Below, piece by piece: positions 23,854-36,738 of a DNA stretch of 64,000 nt. Numbering within the stretch: the first letter of the stretch is position 1; every line of letters starts with the position of its first letter. Position numbers and translations under genes: made by a program. The notes beneath the pieces are model-generated. The model saw only the letters and a list, made by a program, of their open reading frames with translations, did no database searches and had not been told where the DNA came from. Location: positions 1-64,000 of the forward strand of contig NW_021835995.1 in NCBI RefSeq assembly GCF_006345805.1, in the 5' to 3' direction. The stretch is from Octopus sinensis. Its lineage: Eukaryota.

Positions 23854-24005
23854 CAGTAGTACCTCGATTGTAGAACACTTCTCATTACGAATAAATCGGC
23901 ATTATATAATATATCTATATATATATATATATTATATATGTGTGTGTGGTGTATTTATAAAGCACAATTTATTCGTGATCAGAGGCGTTCCGAACCGAGG
24001 TACTC

Positions 24006-24008
<3 letters not shown>
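23854..24008. mobile_element. Tigger-type MITE
   Basis: TA|CAGTAGTACCTCG ... CGAGGTACTCCTG termini. Confidence 0.7.
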
Positions 24009-24046
<38 letters not shown>

Positions 24047-24047
<1 letters not shown>

Positions 24048-24567
24048 CGTAATCCTAGAGTATAATCCGCATTTTTTCCCCAAAAATAAAAGGTTAAAAT
24101 CCCTAGTGTGTACTATATAAGAGGTTAAAATTGAAAATTATGTTCTAAGCAATGTCCGAGTCGCTATTTGCTGTCTGGCAATGTTTATTCAGATGCATTT
24201 TGTGATGTCGGGCGCGAAAATACCTTAAGCTAAGCCTGAAAGCAATGAAGTCATAAAAGAATCATCCATAACTTGCAGTAAGCAACATTTATTAAACGTT
24301 ATTACTGTTATTACTGTTATTTCTTTATTTTCTGCACACAAAATGCACCAAAAAAGCTACACGTTTGCATTATGTTATATATAACAAAATAATAAAGGAC
24401 GTTACCGTATACAGTTTTACAAACCAAGGACGTTTATATAGACCCTCCTTGACTCAAGATAGAGAAGGGTTGCGTATATACACAAGGTTTAGGTTTACAG
24501 AGGTACAGCCCCCTAAAAATCCCCTGCGTATTATGCTCAAGGGCGGACTATACTCGAAGATTTACGG
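24047..24567. mobile_element. pogo/Tigger-type MITE
   Basis: TIRs TCGTAATCCTAGAGTATAATCCGC / GCGGACTATACTCGAAGATTTACGG, TA flanks. Confidence 0.75.
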
Positions 24568-25139
24568 TATATATATATATATATATATATTGTGTGTGTG
24601 TGTGTGTATGTGTGTGTGTGTGTGTGTGTGTGTACGTATGTATGTATGTATGTATGTATGTATGTATGGATGGATGGATGGATGGATGGATGGATGGATG
24701 GATGGATGGATGGATAGATATAAGTGTGTATATATTTCACGGGTTTCTGTTCGCCAAATCCTCTCTTGGCTTTGTGTAATAGTAAAAGACGCTTGTTGAA
24801 TGTACCATGCAAAAGGACTGAAGCTGGAACCATGTGGTTGGAAAAACTCCCTCCCATACAGCCATGTCTGCTCCTTTCCTTTGTAAGTCAATGTATGTGT
24901 GTGCGTGTGTATAAATATATTCAGTACACCCACATCTATATCCATATGCATATACATATATATACATAGTTGATATTTATAGGAAAACAAAAGACGAAGA
25001 CAGGTGTATGAAGAGCAAACAGGTGTATTAGTTTGACACATGGGAAAATGAAAAAGTCTTTTCCGTTTCGAATGTGTGGTCTTCAACAGAAAGGAATAGA
25101 GAAAATAAAGAGAGAAATTGAAAAACAAAACTTGTAGCT

Positions 25140-25218
25140 TTAGCGGTCAAGCATGGTGAATACATATATATGTATATATATATATGTGTAATCTATATAT
25201 ATATATATATATATTATA

Positions 25219-25304
<86 letters not shown>

Positions 25305-25406
25305 TATATATATACACATACATATAATATATATTATAATATATATATATATATATATATACGCTATATGCAATATGGTAATGTTTTTGTGGCTCCCTTA
25401 TAATTA

Positions 25407-25462
<56 letters not shown>

Positions 25463-25480
25463 TATATATATATAAATATA
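25140..25480. repeat. Long imperfect (TA)n tract
   Basis: Direct reading. Confidence 0.95.
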
Positions 25481-25630
25481 TTTAATATATTGTATGTAAA
25501 TGCTCATCTTAACCAAAAAGCCATGATTACTGATGAAATGGAAACTTAATTTTGGTGCCTCAACTTAAGTACCATATTCATCGAATCTCTCTCTCTCTAT
25601 ATATGTGTGTGTGTATGTATGTGTAATATA

Positions 25631-25671
<41 letters not shown>

Positions 25672-25683
25672 GTGTGTGTGTGT

Positions 25684-25717
<34 letters not shown>

Positions 25718-25828
25718 CACCACACACACACATATATATAGAGAGATTCAGATGAATATGGCACTTAAGTTGAGGCACCAAAATTTAGTATGGTATTATC
25801 CATACATTTTAAAATAAGGTGATTATAC

Positions 25829-25937
25829 TCAAAATAAGCAACAAGGATATCCAGAGGTAATGCGGTACGATCGTTTCATGCGAGTCGCAGGAACGATCGT
25901 ACTGCATTACCTCTGGATATCCTTGTTGCTTATTTTG

Positions 25938-25938
<1 letters not shown>
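25829..25938. repeat. Near-perfect 110-bp hairpin
   Basis: TCAAAATAAGCAACAAGGATATCCAGAGGTAATGC.GTACGATCGTT.C.TGCGA g TCGCA.. Confidence 0.9.
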
Positions 25939-25998
<60 letters not shown>

Positions 25999-26064
25999 TA
26001 TATGTATATATACAAACAGACATACATATGCACACATATATAGCATGCTACATTTTTCTGACAG

Positions 26065-26137
26065 TGACATTTTCGAACACCTTTGATCTGCTTGATAATG
26101 GTGACATGATGAATCTCAGTGCCCAATCTTTAAAGGC
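26065..26137 (+). CDS. Candidate exon (phase 1-2)
   Basis: Acceptor tttttctgacag, donor GC|gtatgt, TFSNTFDLLDNGDMMNLSAQSLK. Confidence 0.4.
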
Positions 26138-26199
26138 GTATGTGTGATATAACATAGTTAAACTTCTCAATATCTATTGACTTAATTTTGTCAATATAG

Positions 26200-26470
26200 G
26201 AATTATTACTATGCATCGGCTGAACTCGCCTCTCTAAGCAGTAAAACCATTATGAAACAAGAGCGATCTCTTTAAGTTTCCATTTCATCAGTAATCATGG
26301 CATTGGTTAAGATGAGCATTTTACATACAATATTATTAAATATATATGTCCACACTAAAAAATGTGATATAGTGAGAACAAAAGCTTCGTTCACCGGAGA
26401 CTATGGAAACAATTACTAAACAACCAATTCTTGAAAGAGTATTAATTTTTTTTGTAAAACATCAAAGAAG
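26200..26470 (+). pseudogene. Candidate pseudo-exon, lectin-like, three in-frame stops
   Basis: Follows 62-nt intron; NYYYASAELASLSSK...KKCDIV...NNY*TTNS*KSINFFCK; donor AAG|gtaatt. Confidence 0.3.
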
Positions 26471-26733
26471 GTAATTCCAAGAGAAGATCAGGCTTATTAA
26501 ACTCACTTAGCGAAGTATGTTCTATTTAGTTTGAATGACAAAAGTAGTCAATGTCTGTATAATGGGATTAATGTAAGTATAACTCTACATGTAAACAAAA
26601 TACTGACAGTACTGCCAATCAAGTATCAAAACAACCCTTCGTAAATCATACCTCACTTGCCCTTAAAACGAACGGGCACTGTTCAAGAGATAGACTGACA
26701 GATAAATAGTTAGGTAGATAGATAGATAGACAG

Positions 26734-26843
<110 letters not shown>

Positions 26844-28067
26844 CAACCCCCCCCACACACACAGAGAGTGAGAGGGTGGGTGACAAAGCGAGCGAGATAG
26901 ATAGATAGATAGATTGCTAGATATCTAGAGAAAAGTATAGATAAAGTGAGTGATCGACAGAGGGAGAGAGCGAGAGCGAAGGGAGCTAGAGAGAAAGAAA
27001 GAGAGAGGGAGAGTGAGAGAGAGAAAGACAGAGAGAAAGGGAGAGAAGGAGAGGGAGAGAAAGAGAATCGATTATTGGCAAAGGTGATCAATAGTCTGAT
27101 CTGCTTGCTATATTTCTGTAAAGGAATATTTTCCTTGCACTGAAGTCGATATCTGTTTCTGTCGACTGGTCTCAGATTTCAACAAAGAAGTATCTAGATC
27201 GTCACTCGGTCTCCTGGAAATGGTAGCAAGATTTCCTTCAAATCATACTTTACCGCTTTTAATAATGGTGTATTAGGGAATATAGTTCTTGGTACCAGTT
27301 CAAATGAGATGCTCACCGATCCTCATGCTCTCGCTCACGAGGTACATAAACACTTTCATTCAAATAATAAATTATTTAGTTTTTTTTATACATGTTGTCT
27401 ATTTCATGCTTGTATATGAAAATATAATGAAAGTTATGCTTCGCTGAAAAGGTCTGATAAAGCTGAAACATGTCAGTAGTTGTCTCCTGTTTTCGCTTAA
27501 TTGATTATAAATATTAGTCTTTGAGCTAATATAAGTATCACTATATAAGTATCTATAACTGAATTCATATTTGCTACCTTAAATATACTAAGAGTAATTT
27601 CATTACTATTTATATACAAAAAATAAAAATACGGTTTGATATCCATACGTATTTAATCTCGAGGTGAATTTAGGCCTCACGATGGTTTTTAAGTCTGCTT
27701 GGAACGACGATTTAACGGTCTGATTTTACTAGTTTTCAGCTTACGAGGCTTGCCGTATTCTCTTCACCCAACAGCGCAATACTCTTTATTAAATTATAAA
27801 AGAATCGTATCTCATTTATATATTAGTACATTAGTAGCATTACAATGATTACCTTAATTCGTTTGTTTATCATATTTCTGTTGAAATACTGAAATTGCTG
27901 TTAAAGTATTTGGCTGGTGTTTGGAACAAATGAACACGAAACTTCGATAGAAAGTTTTAATCTACACCATTCTAAATCACTAAGCCTGTATCATTGAATT
28001 AGAGGCAATTTCAGGCGAGCTGATATACATAAGTATATAATCTCATAATATTATTTATTCATACCCT

Positions 28068-28500
28068 AAGGCGGTGAGCCCTGGCTAAACGTAGCACGCC
28101 GGGCGATATGCCTTAGCGGTATTTTGTCTACTGTTACGTTTCTGAGTTCAAATTCCGCCGAGGTCGACTTTGCCCTTCATCCTTTCGGGGTCGATAAATT
28201 AAGTACCAGTTACGCACTGGGGTCGATGTAATCGACTTAATCCGTTTGTCTGTCCTTGTTTGTCCTCTCTGTGTTTAGCCCCTTGTAGGCAGTAAAGAAA
28301 TAAGAAACGCTAGCACGCCGGACGAAGTGCTTAGCGCTATTTCGTCTGTCTTTACGTTCTGAGTTCAAATTCAACCGAGGTCGACTTTACCTTTCATCCT
28401 TTTGGGGCCCACAAAATAAGTACCAGTTGTGTACTGACGTCGATGCAGTCGACTATCCCCAAAATTTCAGGCCTTGTGTCTCTAGTAGAAAGGATTAATT
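28068..28500 (+). mobile_element. Tandem SINE family A copies
   Basis: Two successive GTTCTGAGTTCAAATTC..GAGGTCGACTTT units. Confidence 0.85.
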
Positions 28501-28971
28501 ATTTATAATCTTGATTGTAGTCGTAATTACTGGTTTCTAATTTTGGCGCAAGGCAGTTGGTTGTAGTAATAGTCATTGCCATGAGATTGCATAGGCTTTA
28601 CTTCACAGCAAGATTAAACATTTACGGATATGACTCAGTATATTCATTAAAAATTTTAAAATCTTTTTTTATACACAACACCTTGTAATTTCTGTAATTC
28701 CTCTAAAACAAAACTCTTTAAAGGGAGGCTACTCTTCATTATTATTCTACGTTTATTTCCCTTGTAGGTTTTATTCAAGCTGCCTGTTCACACACACAGA
28801 CGCACACACACACACATGCACATACACCAGATAGATAAAGTAGCACGCACAGACACATACACAACTGTGTGCACACTAGTGTTCGGTTGCGCGCGCATGC
28901 GTAAAGAGCTCACAAGACGACTGAGACTCAAATTCAAGGAAGAAGCAAATACAAGAGAAAATATACAACAT

Positions 28972-29370
28972 AGGCGCAGGAGTGGCTGTGTGGTAAGTAG
29001 CTTGTTTACCAACCACATGGTTCCGGGTTCAGTCCCACTGCGTGACACCTTGGGCAAGTGTCTTCTACTATAGCCTCAGGCCGACCAAAGCCTTGTGGGT
29101 GGATTTGGCAGACGGAAACTGAAAGAAGACCTGTCGTGTAATATATATATGTGTGTGCGCGTCTGTGTGTGTTTGTCCCCAGCAATATCGCTTGACACCG
29201 ATGCTGGGGTGTTTACGTTCCCGTAACTTAGCAGTTCGGCAAAAAGAGACCGATAGAATAAGTACTAGGCTTACAAAGAATAAGTCCTGGGGTCAATTTG
29301 TTCGACTAAAAGGTGGTGCTCCAGCATGGCCGCAGTCAAATGACTGAAACAAATATAAGAATATAAGAAT
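28972..29370 (+). mobile_element. SINE family B (full length)
   Basis: AGGCGCAGGAGTGGCTGTGTGGTAAG head through GACTGAAAC tail. Confidence 0.9.
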
Positions 29371-30229
29371 AGGCAAAATAGCACACTCGTTTCACTGGAT
29401 GCATTAAGAAACAGATCATTCATCAAACTGTCTTCATTCCAATGACGGACTCGACGTAGCCTCGGAAACGGCTGCATGCAAGGATCAAAATAGGCTTCGT
29501 TCAAGTTACTCACTTCATCCACCGCAACTGTCCCCAACAAAGTCTTAGCACTGTGGGACTGCCAACCGATTTGTCCTTTCGATGGCGTCACCAATGTAGT
29601 AGATTAGAGAGTTAAAGCCAACATACTATGAGGCTATAGGATGAGGGTACATAATCGTGAGAAGCCTCTTCCAGCCACTACGGGCCGCGAGAGCCATATA
29701 GAAGTACAGGCTCACTGAAACAAGTATGCCTCATCCCGATCTTGCTACACTCTACTCAAGGGTTTAATTACTCCGTTCAGGTTCTCGTTGCCTCAATCCA
29801 AACAGTACCATTGATCCTGAGGTCTGGCAGAAAAATGTGACAAAGTACAAAATGATACTCATTGCTCCCGACTCCCAGGGTCATCAGAAACGGCAAAGAA
29901 CTTGGTGTATATCACTCTTTCTAGACATATAGCGTCTACATTTTAGAAACAGAATGATTTTCTTTTCCATGCCTTACTCGAGTACAATATTGTACATTTA
30001 ATGACTGCCTCATTACTATTTCGGCGATGAAGGTGAAGTCTATACTTCAGTGAAATCTGAAAAAGCTGAAAGCTCTACCGAATTATCTACCGTCCTTGCT
30101 GAATAGATAAAAGTAATATTAGTCATTCAGCTAAGTTCGCTATATTAAATCATTTAACGTTGATTTAACGGGTGTTTTTTATATAATAAATAAATAATAC
30201 TGATTGAAATCAAATATACAGTTTGTTTC

Positions 30230-30760
30230 GCCTTGAAAGTAAATTCCATGAGGGTCTTTTCAGAAGTTTGGCGTGGCGCTTGAACCGACCAGTTGACTAA
30301 ATTCGTACGGATCGTGTAAAGCTACCTGCTACTTCTTTTATTCATCTTCTGGTCCTAATCAAAAGTTTTCATCAAAGAAAAGCAAAACACTTTTCCCAGT
30401 GTTTGAGTTTAGCAAACGATTCGTCCGGATTACGTAGTTCTCTCAGGTTCTGTCGGATATGAGCTGCTCCTTCTTCATCGCATAAGACATGTACATGATG
30501 TCCTTGTGTAGCACAAGTCTATTTGTAGTAGACTCCACTACCTTGAATTATTAGGTGATGGTTCCCTAGAGCCTGCCGGGGCTGCCGTTGACGAGTCTTG
30601 AACTTACTGAAAGAACTCAGCAGTGCTTCTCTCTAACTTGAAGTTGAAGGGCCTGGCCACATTTCTGAAGCTTATAGTCTCTGTATTGAATCACAAGCAC
30701 AGTGGAATCTACCCTGTCGATGCTGTCGATAGACATATCGAGAAAGAAATGAGAGAGTTA
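30230..30760 (-). pseudogene. Degraded Tc1/mariner (maT-like) transposase
   Basis: VESTTNRLVLHKDIMYMSYAMKKEQLISDRT*ENYVIRTNRLLN..VLLFFDENF resembles HTH-linker and first catalytic D (FSDEKNF) region. Confidence 0.65.
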
Positions 30761-31069
30761 AAATATGATGACTGCCAGAATTTTGTGTAACGTTTCATCT
30801 TTCATTTTATGGAGTTGTGTTTCTTGTGATTTGAAAGTTGAATGACACTTAGAGTCCATTAGAGGATACTTTCAAGTTCTCTGTTTACTGATGTGTGATA
30901 TTAAGTGTCTGCGCTGCAGGTTGATAGGATCTGTGTTAGAAATGCTGTCGTGGTGTGAGCATTGGCATCATCGGCGTCGGAATCATTGTGGTCAAGAAGA
31001 CGATTGAGAGCATAACTGAAGCTGCAGAATCAGCAAAATCTGTATCAGCGTGAGGGGGGGGGAGATACT

Positions 31070-31107
<38 letters not shown>

Positions 31108-31633
31108 CATACATTCATAGAGGCATTCATACATGCATTATAGATATATTCATACAGATATGCATGCAGATATACACATACATACGCACCTACACTTATA
31201 CATAGAAGCAATCACACACACACACACCACTAACACATACATGCACACATACATATGAACATACATAAATTCATCTCGTTATCGTGAAAGACCGAAAGAA
31301 AAAGAAATAAAAAAAAGCAATAAATAGAATTGCTTTGTTTCTCTGTTTCTCAGTTAGGTAAAGGTAAAGATGGGAGGGGCGGGGGAAATAAATGACGAGA
31401 AAGAAGAAGAGATAGGAACTGAAAATCATCATGTTAACAATACGACAACTTATAAAGAACTTCTTCTTCTTCCTCCTCCCCTTCCTCCTCTTCCTACCTC
31501 CCCTTCCCCTTTTCATCTCCTCCCCTTCCTCCTCTCAATCCCCCTCCTCCCCTTCCCTCCCCTTCCCCTCCTCTCCTCTTCCACCCCCATCATCTTGATC
31601 ATCATCGTCGTCATCATCATCATCATCATCATT

Positions 31634-32180
31634 GAGGAGACCCTGGGCGTCGAAGACCCTCAAGTAGCCTCGTTCGGAGAACTTTCGACCCGATGGATAA
31701 CTTCCAGAAATCTCTGGCAAGCAGTGCTACTGGTGGAGCATTGACGGTTCGGGATAATCTCTTTACATAGATGGAAGTGCTGTTAGCCGTGAATGTCCGA
31801 GATGAGCGCAGGATGACGAAATGTTCCCGCATGCCCTCGTCCTGTGGGTTCATGTGAAACATCTGCTGTCACGTGTAGGATGGATCCAACTTTCAACTGA
31901 ACCCATCCTGCAGATCGCTCCACCACGTTCTTTTAACTAGGAGAGGCAGACAGCTTTTGTATACGTGGTGGCCACGGTGGCAGAGGTTGTATGGTGGACG
32001 TGACTGAAGGGGTTGAAGACAAACGCCTTTATCTTTCGCCAATCCCTCATCAACTTCTTCAAGTTTCACTTGAAGAGGAAAATAAGGATGGAGAGGGAAT
32101 GCTACCTTTCAGTAAGCTATTGAAAGGTGGATGAGAGAGGCGAGCATGGTATGAATGAAGGGGCCTTCCATGAACATACG
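31634..32180 (+). mobile_element. L1/Tx1-clade LINE 3' fragment
   Basis: Broken frame with CPR..QDDE..HALV zinc knuckle, VHVKHLLSRVG, VVWWT, NFFKFHLKRKIRMEREC. Confidence 0.7.
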
Positions 32181-32189
32181 CCTGTAAAT

Positions 32190-32339
32190 AGCTAGGTTCT
32201 GAGTTCAAATTCCGCCGAGGTCGACTTTGATTTTCATCCTTTCGGGGTCGATAAATTAAGTACCAGTCAAATAATGGGGTCGATGTAATCGACTTAACCC
32301 CTCCCTCAAATTTCAGACCTTGTGCCTATAGTAGAAAGG

Positions 32340-32387
<48 letters not shown>

Positions 32388-32402
32388 TATTATTATTATT
32401 AT
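32190..32402 (+). mobile_element. SINE family A 3' part with (TTA)n tail
   Basis: Family motifs then GAAAGGA(TTA)n. Confidence 0.85.
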
Positions 32403-32950
32403 TGAGTGAGAGGGCAGTGCAAGCTATCAAAGTGACACTGGGGTAAATATATGAAGCCCAGTATACCCATCATGACTTACCCGTCTGATAAAGATGCCTC
32501 TGGGACATGCATCACAACCATATGTGCGCGATATGGTGATCTCATATCAAGATAGACAGTGCATGACCTTGCAGGTGGGGCCCAATTAGAATTTTCTTCA
32601 GGTCGAGTAGCCCTTCCCGTTCAAAAAGTCCCTGAATAAGGGTTGTTTAAGGATGCTGAATGAAACACCCATGTTTCCAAATGTGAATTATCCAAACCCC
32701 AGGGGATTCCTCTCAACACATGGCTATGATACTCCACCGCTACTTCTGTTCATGATCAGAGATGCACATATCGTCAACCACTAAGGGACATGCTCAATCG
32801 ATAAAGGTCAAACAACTGACAAGCAAATCTGTGGTATCGAGCGGAATATATGCTGTAACTCATCTTTTATACCAAAACAAAACAACGTACATGATGACGT
32901 TTCCAATCAGCAGTATTGTAGTAAACAGACACAATTCAAAATGAAGTGCA
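32403..32950. repeat. Unclassified interspersed-repeat-like segment
   Basis: More GC-balanced block with no ORF; recognised only as repeat-like. Confidence 0.3.
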
Positions 32951-33036
32951 TTCAAAACAGACACAATTCAATAATGAAGTGCATTTGTATTAGAACATAA
33001 TAACATCTGTTTGACAGTCTTGTAGCAAATATGTTT

Positions 33037-33333
33037 GTTCCTTCTCAAGCTATACCTGGCTCATAAGGGCCGGTTTCCGGTTTCCTTGACGTATAGGTTT
33101 CCCACCTGGACGGGACGCCAGTCCGTCGAAGGTAAGCTGCAAGATGCAGGAGGAAAGAGTGAGAGAAAGTTGTGGCGAAAGAGTCAGCAGAAGTTTCGCC
33201 ATTACCTTCTGCCGAAGCAACGTGGAGCTTAGGTGTTTCGCTCATAAATACACACATGGCCCGGTCTGACATTCGAACCCGCGATCCTTCGACCGCGAGT
33301 CCACTGCTCTAACCACTAGGCCATGTGCCTCCA
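33037..33333 (-). mobile_element. SINE family C
   Basis: Same tRNA-like head as 20856; body matches 61006-61297. Confidence 0.85.
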
Positions 33334-33752
33334 CTGTAGCAAAATAAGGAATATTTATTATCGCTATGTCGAACAATTGTTGTAGCATGTAAGGACGTAT
33401 TCAGATATCAGTTGAAACCATCGTGAGAATCATCTCGATGCCTTCTTCGACTGGAAGAGAGAAGGTAATTCTCTATAGCAAAAGAGAATGTATGTACAAT
33501 CAGCAACAGCGAAACAACTGAGGACAAACGCTTTTTTCAGATAAATACATAACAAAAACACCAGGACTTACAAACACATATAACATACAGAAAATTGCAC
33601 TACTAGGCACTGCACACATCCTACGCAGAACACTTTCATACAATAACCATCAGAGCATCACAACAAATCACAGCACATACCCAAGGCACACAGAGCTGCG
33701 TTCGGTAGTGAAGTGAAAGCACGCTATAAAAATAAAACTACTGAATAATAAT

Positions 33753-33785
<33 letters not shown>

Positions 33786-33950
33786 ATAATATAATAATAA
33801 TAATATAATGATAATAATAATGAAACGATAATAATAATAATATAATAATAATAATAATAATAATAATACTATTACTATTATTATTATTATTATTATTACT
33901 ATTATTATATCATTATTATTATTATTATTTTATTATTATTATTATATTAC

Positions 33951-33987
<37 letters not shown>

Positions 33988-33989
<2 letters not shown>

Positions 33990-34352
33990 GAGCAAAACGT
34001 CCACCGTCCAATGGACGGTGCTTAGTTGTCGAACATTTAAACCAAATTTTCTCAAAGCAACTTGTCCTACCGACCCATAGGCGTCCCCTTTGAGAAACAC
34101 TGATTTAACCTAAATTTGAGACACCAGCAAAGGCGGATTTCGACTTATGTACTTGCGCGTACTAATGCACGTTTCCACGGCTTTATCGATCGCATTCTCA
34201 CCTGGAATCGATTTTGTATTTTTTTCAAGACTTACACACGCTCTGATACCGTCGGTATCTACATATCAAATTTGAGCGCAATCGGATGGAGGATGCCCGA
34301 GATCCTAGAAGACACACACACAGACAGACAGAACGGATTTTATATAATAGAT
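33988..34352 (+). mobile_element. Non-autonomous Helentron/HINE element
   Basis: 5' ACGAGCAAAACGTCCACCGTCC-AAT-GGACGGTG hairpin, 3' CAAATTTGAGCGCAATCGG..CAGACAGACAG..TTTTATATAATAGAT, inserted in TT context. Confidence 0.7.
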
Positions 34353-34618
34353 TATTATTTTTCGTTTTTGGATTTGGTTTGCAAGATTCTTTATATGAAT
34401 TCGTGTGTTGAAGCATATTCTGTCCGTTATTTACACTGCATTCTCTCAGTAAATAACGCAGTGTTAAATAACGGACAGAGTCAAAACTATCGAATAGGTT
34501 GCATGATGCAACGAAAATTTTAGGAAAATAAAAATAAGAAAAAAAGGGAAATTTTACCGGTGAGTGTGTTATATTATAAGGCACAAAAAGAAAATGACTC
34601 TCCCCAGGTACAACAGAT

Positions 34619-34690
<72 letters not shown>

Positions 34691-35582
34691 CCGCAGCAAA
34701 CAAGCTGATGTTGACCAGAAGCAAACTCATCAGTGGCTACGGAGCTCAGGGTTAAAAGCAGAGAGCGAAGGTTTCATCCTGGCTGCTCAAGATCAAAGCC
34801 TATTAACCCGGAACTACCAGGCCAATGTGATGAAAAATGGAGCAGACCCAAAATGCCGATTCTGCAACGACATGATTGAAACAGTGGACCACCTAATCTC
34901 TGGATGTAAAGTCTTAGCACCAGTGGAGTATAAATTAAGACATGACAGAGTTGGCCAATATCTCCACTGGCTAATAAGTCGGCATTACAATATCAAAACT
35001 GCCGACAAGTGGTATATATCACCACCCTGAGGCTGTAACTGAAGGAGAAAATGTAACCATTCTGTGGGACTTTCCAGTACATACAGACCGAACCATCAAG
35101 GCCAATAAACCAGATATTGTTGTGAAAGACCAAAACAATAAAGTTTGCTTATTGATCGACATGAGCATCCCCTGTGATCATAATATCTCAGCGAAAGAGT
35201 TTGACAAGCTCAGAAATATAAAGACCTACTCATTGAAATTGAGAAAATGTGGCATCTCAAGGCGGTTACAATACCAGTGATCGTAGGAGCACTAGGATGA
35301 TCAAGAAGGGAACCGAAAATTATATGAGAATGATCCCTCTTACCTCCCTCAAGAAGTGCAAAAGATTGTCTTAACTGGTACATCACACGTATTGAGAAGA
35401 GCATTGTCGATGTGAGAACTGTTGCTGCTCCTGTATTTTAATTTACTTAAAAAAAAAAAAAATGAACGAACTACTGAGTTTGGTTTAATGGCCTACCAAT
35501 GTATACTATGAGTTTCTTTGCCCTAGGAGTCGGGAAGACACTCGGCAAGAAATGGAAGCAAATTTGAAAGAAGAAAAAAAAA

Positions 35583-35583
<1 letters not shown>
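34691..35583 (+). mobile_element. 5'-truncated R4/Dong-type retrotransposon inserted in (TAA)n
   Basis: CRFCNDMIETVDHLISGC knuckle, KPDIVV..LLID REL endonuclease; (AAT)n on both sides; nearly identical to 40227-41110. Confidence 0.95.
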
Positions 35584-35639
<56 letters not shown>

Positions 35640-35797
35640 GCACCAGCCTTGACAGCGGCTGGACGTGTTCCTCACTGCTCTGACAGTTCGGTGGCCGAAA
35701 GCCATAGAAACACTTAATATGGGCCAGTTTAGCAACGGGGAAAAATAACTCTCAAAGACTGGAACATCTTCAATACCTCGTGAGTATTTGAAATTCT

Positions 35798-36738
35798 CTT
35801 CAAAGTGGGTTAAGAAATTTACAAATTTACGTATCTACAGCTTTCAAACATACATCCGATCGGCTTTAAAAACTTTAATACCCACAACTGCCTCTGTAAG
35901 CACCCTTTTTTCTTTCTTTCTTTTTTTTTCTTCTCTCTAAAAACATCACGCTTTTTTTTTTTTTTTTTCTTTTTTTTTTTCTTTTGTAGACTTGCAAAAC
36001 CCTAAAACTTTCTATGAATATCTGACTTTTCTTTGCTTCCTCCCAAATATTCAAATATAATGTAAACATACTTTTTATTGCAAAAACACACCTGTTTTCT
36101 TCTAACTGGACATACAAATATCTCTAGAGGGGTCAACTTCAACCTCCACATATTACCTTGCACGAAATATACAAACACTTTTTATTGCAATAACACAAAC
36201 GCACATGGAAAAAATAATGATGCTAAGATTCTCTCTGGTCGAACACAGCTTCTCTATTCACAAATAATACAGAACAGCCCTTCAAAATAAGTTAAGAAAA
36301 TTTACAAATTTACATATCTACAGTTTTCAATCATACATTCGACCAGCTTTAAAAACTTTGATACCCACAATTGCCTCTGTAAACATCTTTTTTTTTTCTT
36401 CTCTCTAAAAACATCACGCTTTTCTTTTGTGGACTTTCAAAACCGTAAAACTTTCTATGAAAATCTGACTTTTCTTTGCTTCCTCCCTCCCTGAATATTC
36501 AAATATAAATGTAAACATATACTTTTTATTGCAAAAACACACCTGTTCTTCTAACTGGACATACAAACATCTCTAGAAAAGTCAACTTCAACCTCTACAA
36601 TATTACCTTACACGAAATATACAAACACTTTTTATTGCAATAACACAAACGCACATGGAAAAAAAAGTGATGCTAAGATTCTCTCTGGTCGAACACAACT
36701 TCTCTCTATTCACAAAAACAATACAGGACACCCCTTCC
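35798..36738. repeat. Tandem duplication, ~480-bp and ~460-bp units
   Basis: 35798-36279 and 36280-36738 are colinear with scattered substitutions. Confidence 0.9.

Noticed and set aside
25530-25552. CTGATGAAATGGAAAC as a hammerhead
   Set aside because: No stem II and no consistent stem III in the two copies.
27444-27475. CTGAAAA..GAAACATGTC hammerhead remnant
   Set aside because: Core G8 lost, stems I and II do not pair; at most a decayed Penelope end.
29380-29940. GC-balanced block with a 107-aa minus ORF
   Set aside because: No recognisable motif in any frame; probably a repeat fragment but unsupported.
30939-31059. Short hydrophobic frame GVSIGIIGVGIIVVKK as a TM exon
   Set aside because: Looks like degenerate CAT/CGT trinucleotide repeat; weak acceptor.
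34560-35030. 156-aa ORF with N-terminal poly-Ile resembling a signal anchor
   Set aside because: (ATA)n target repeat read in frame into the truncated R4 copy.
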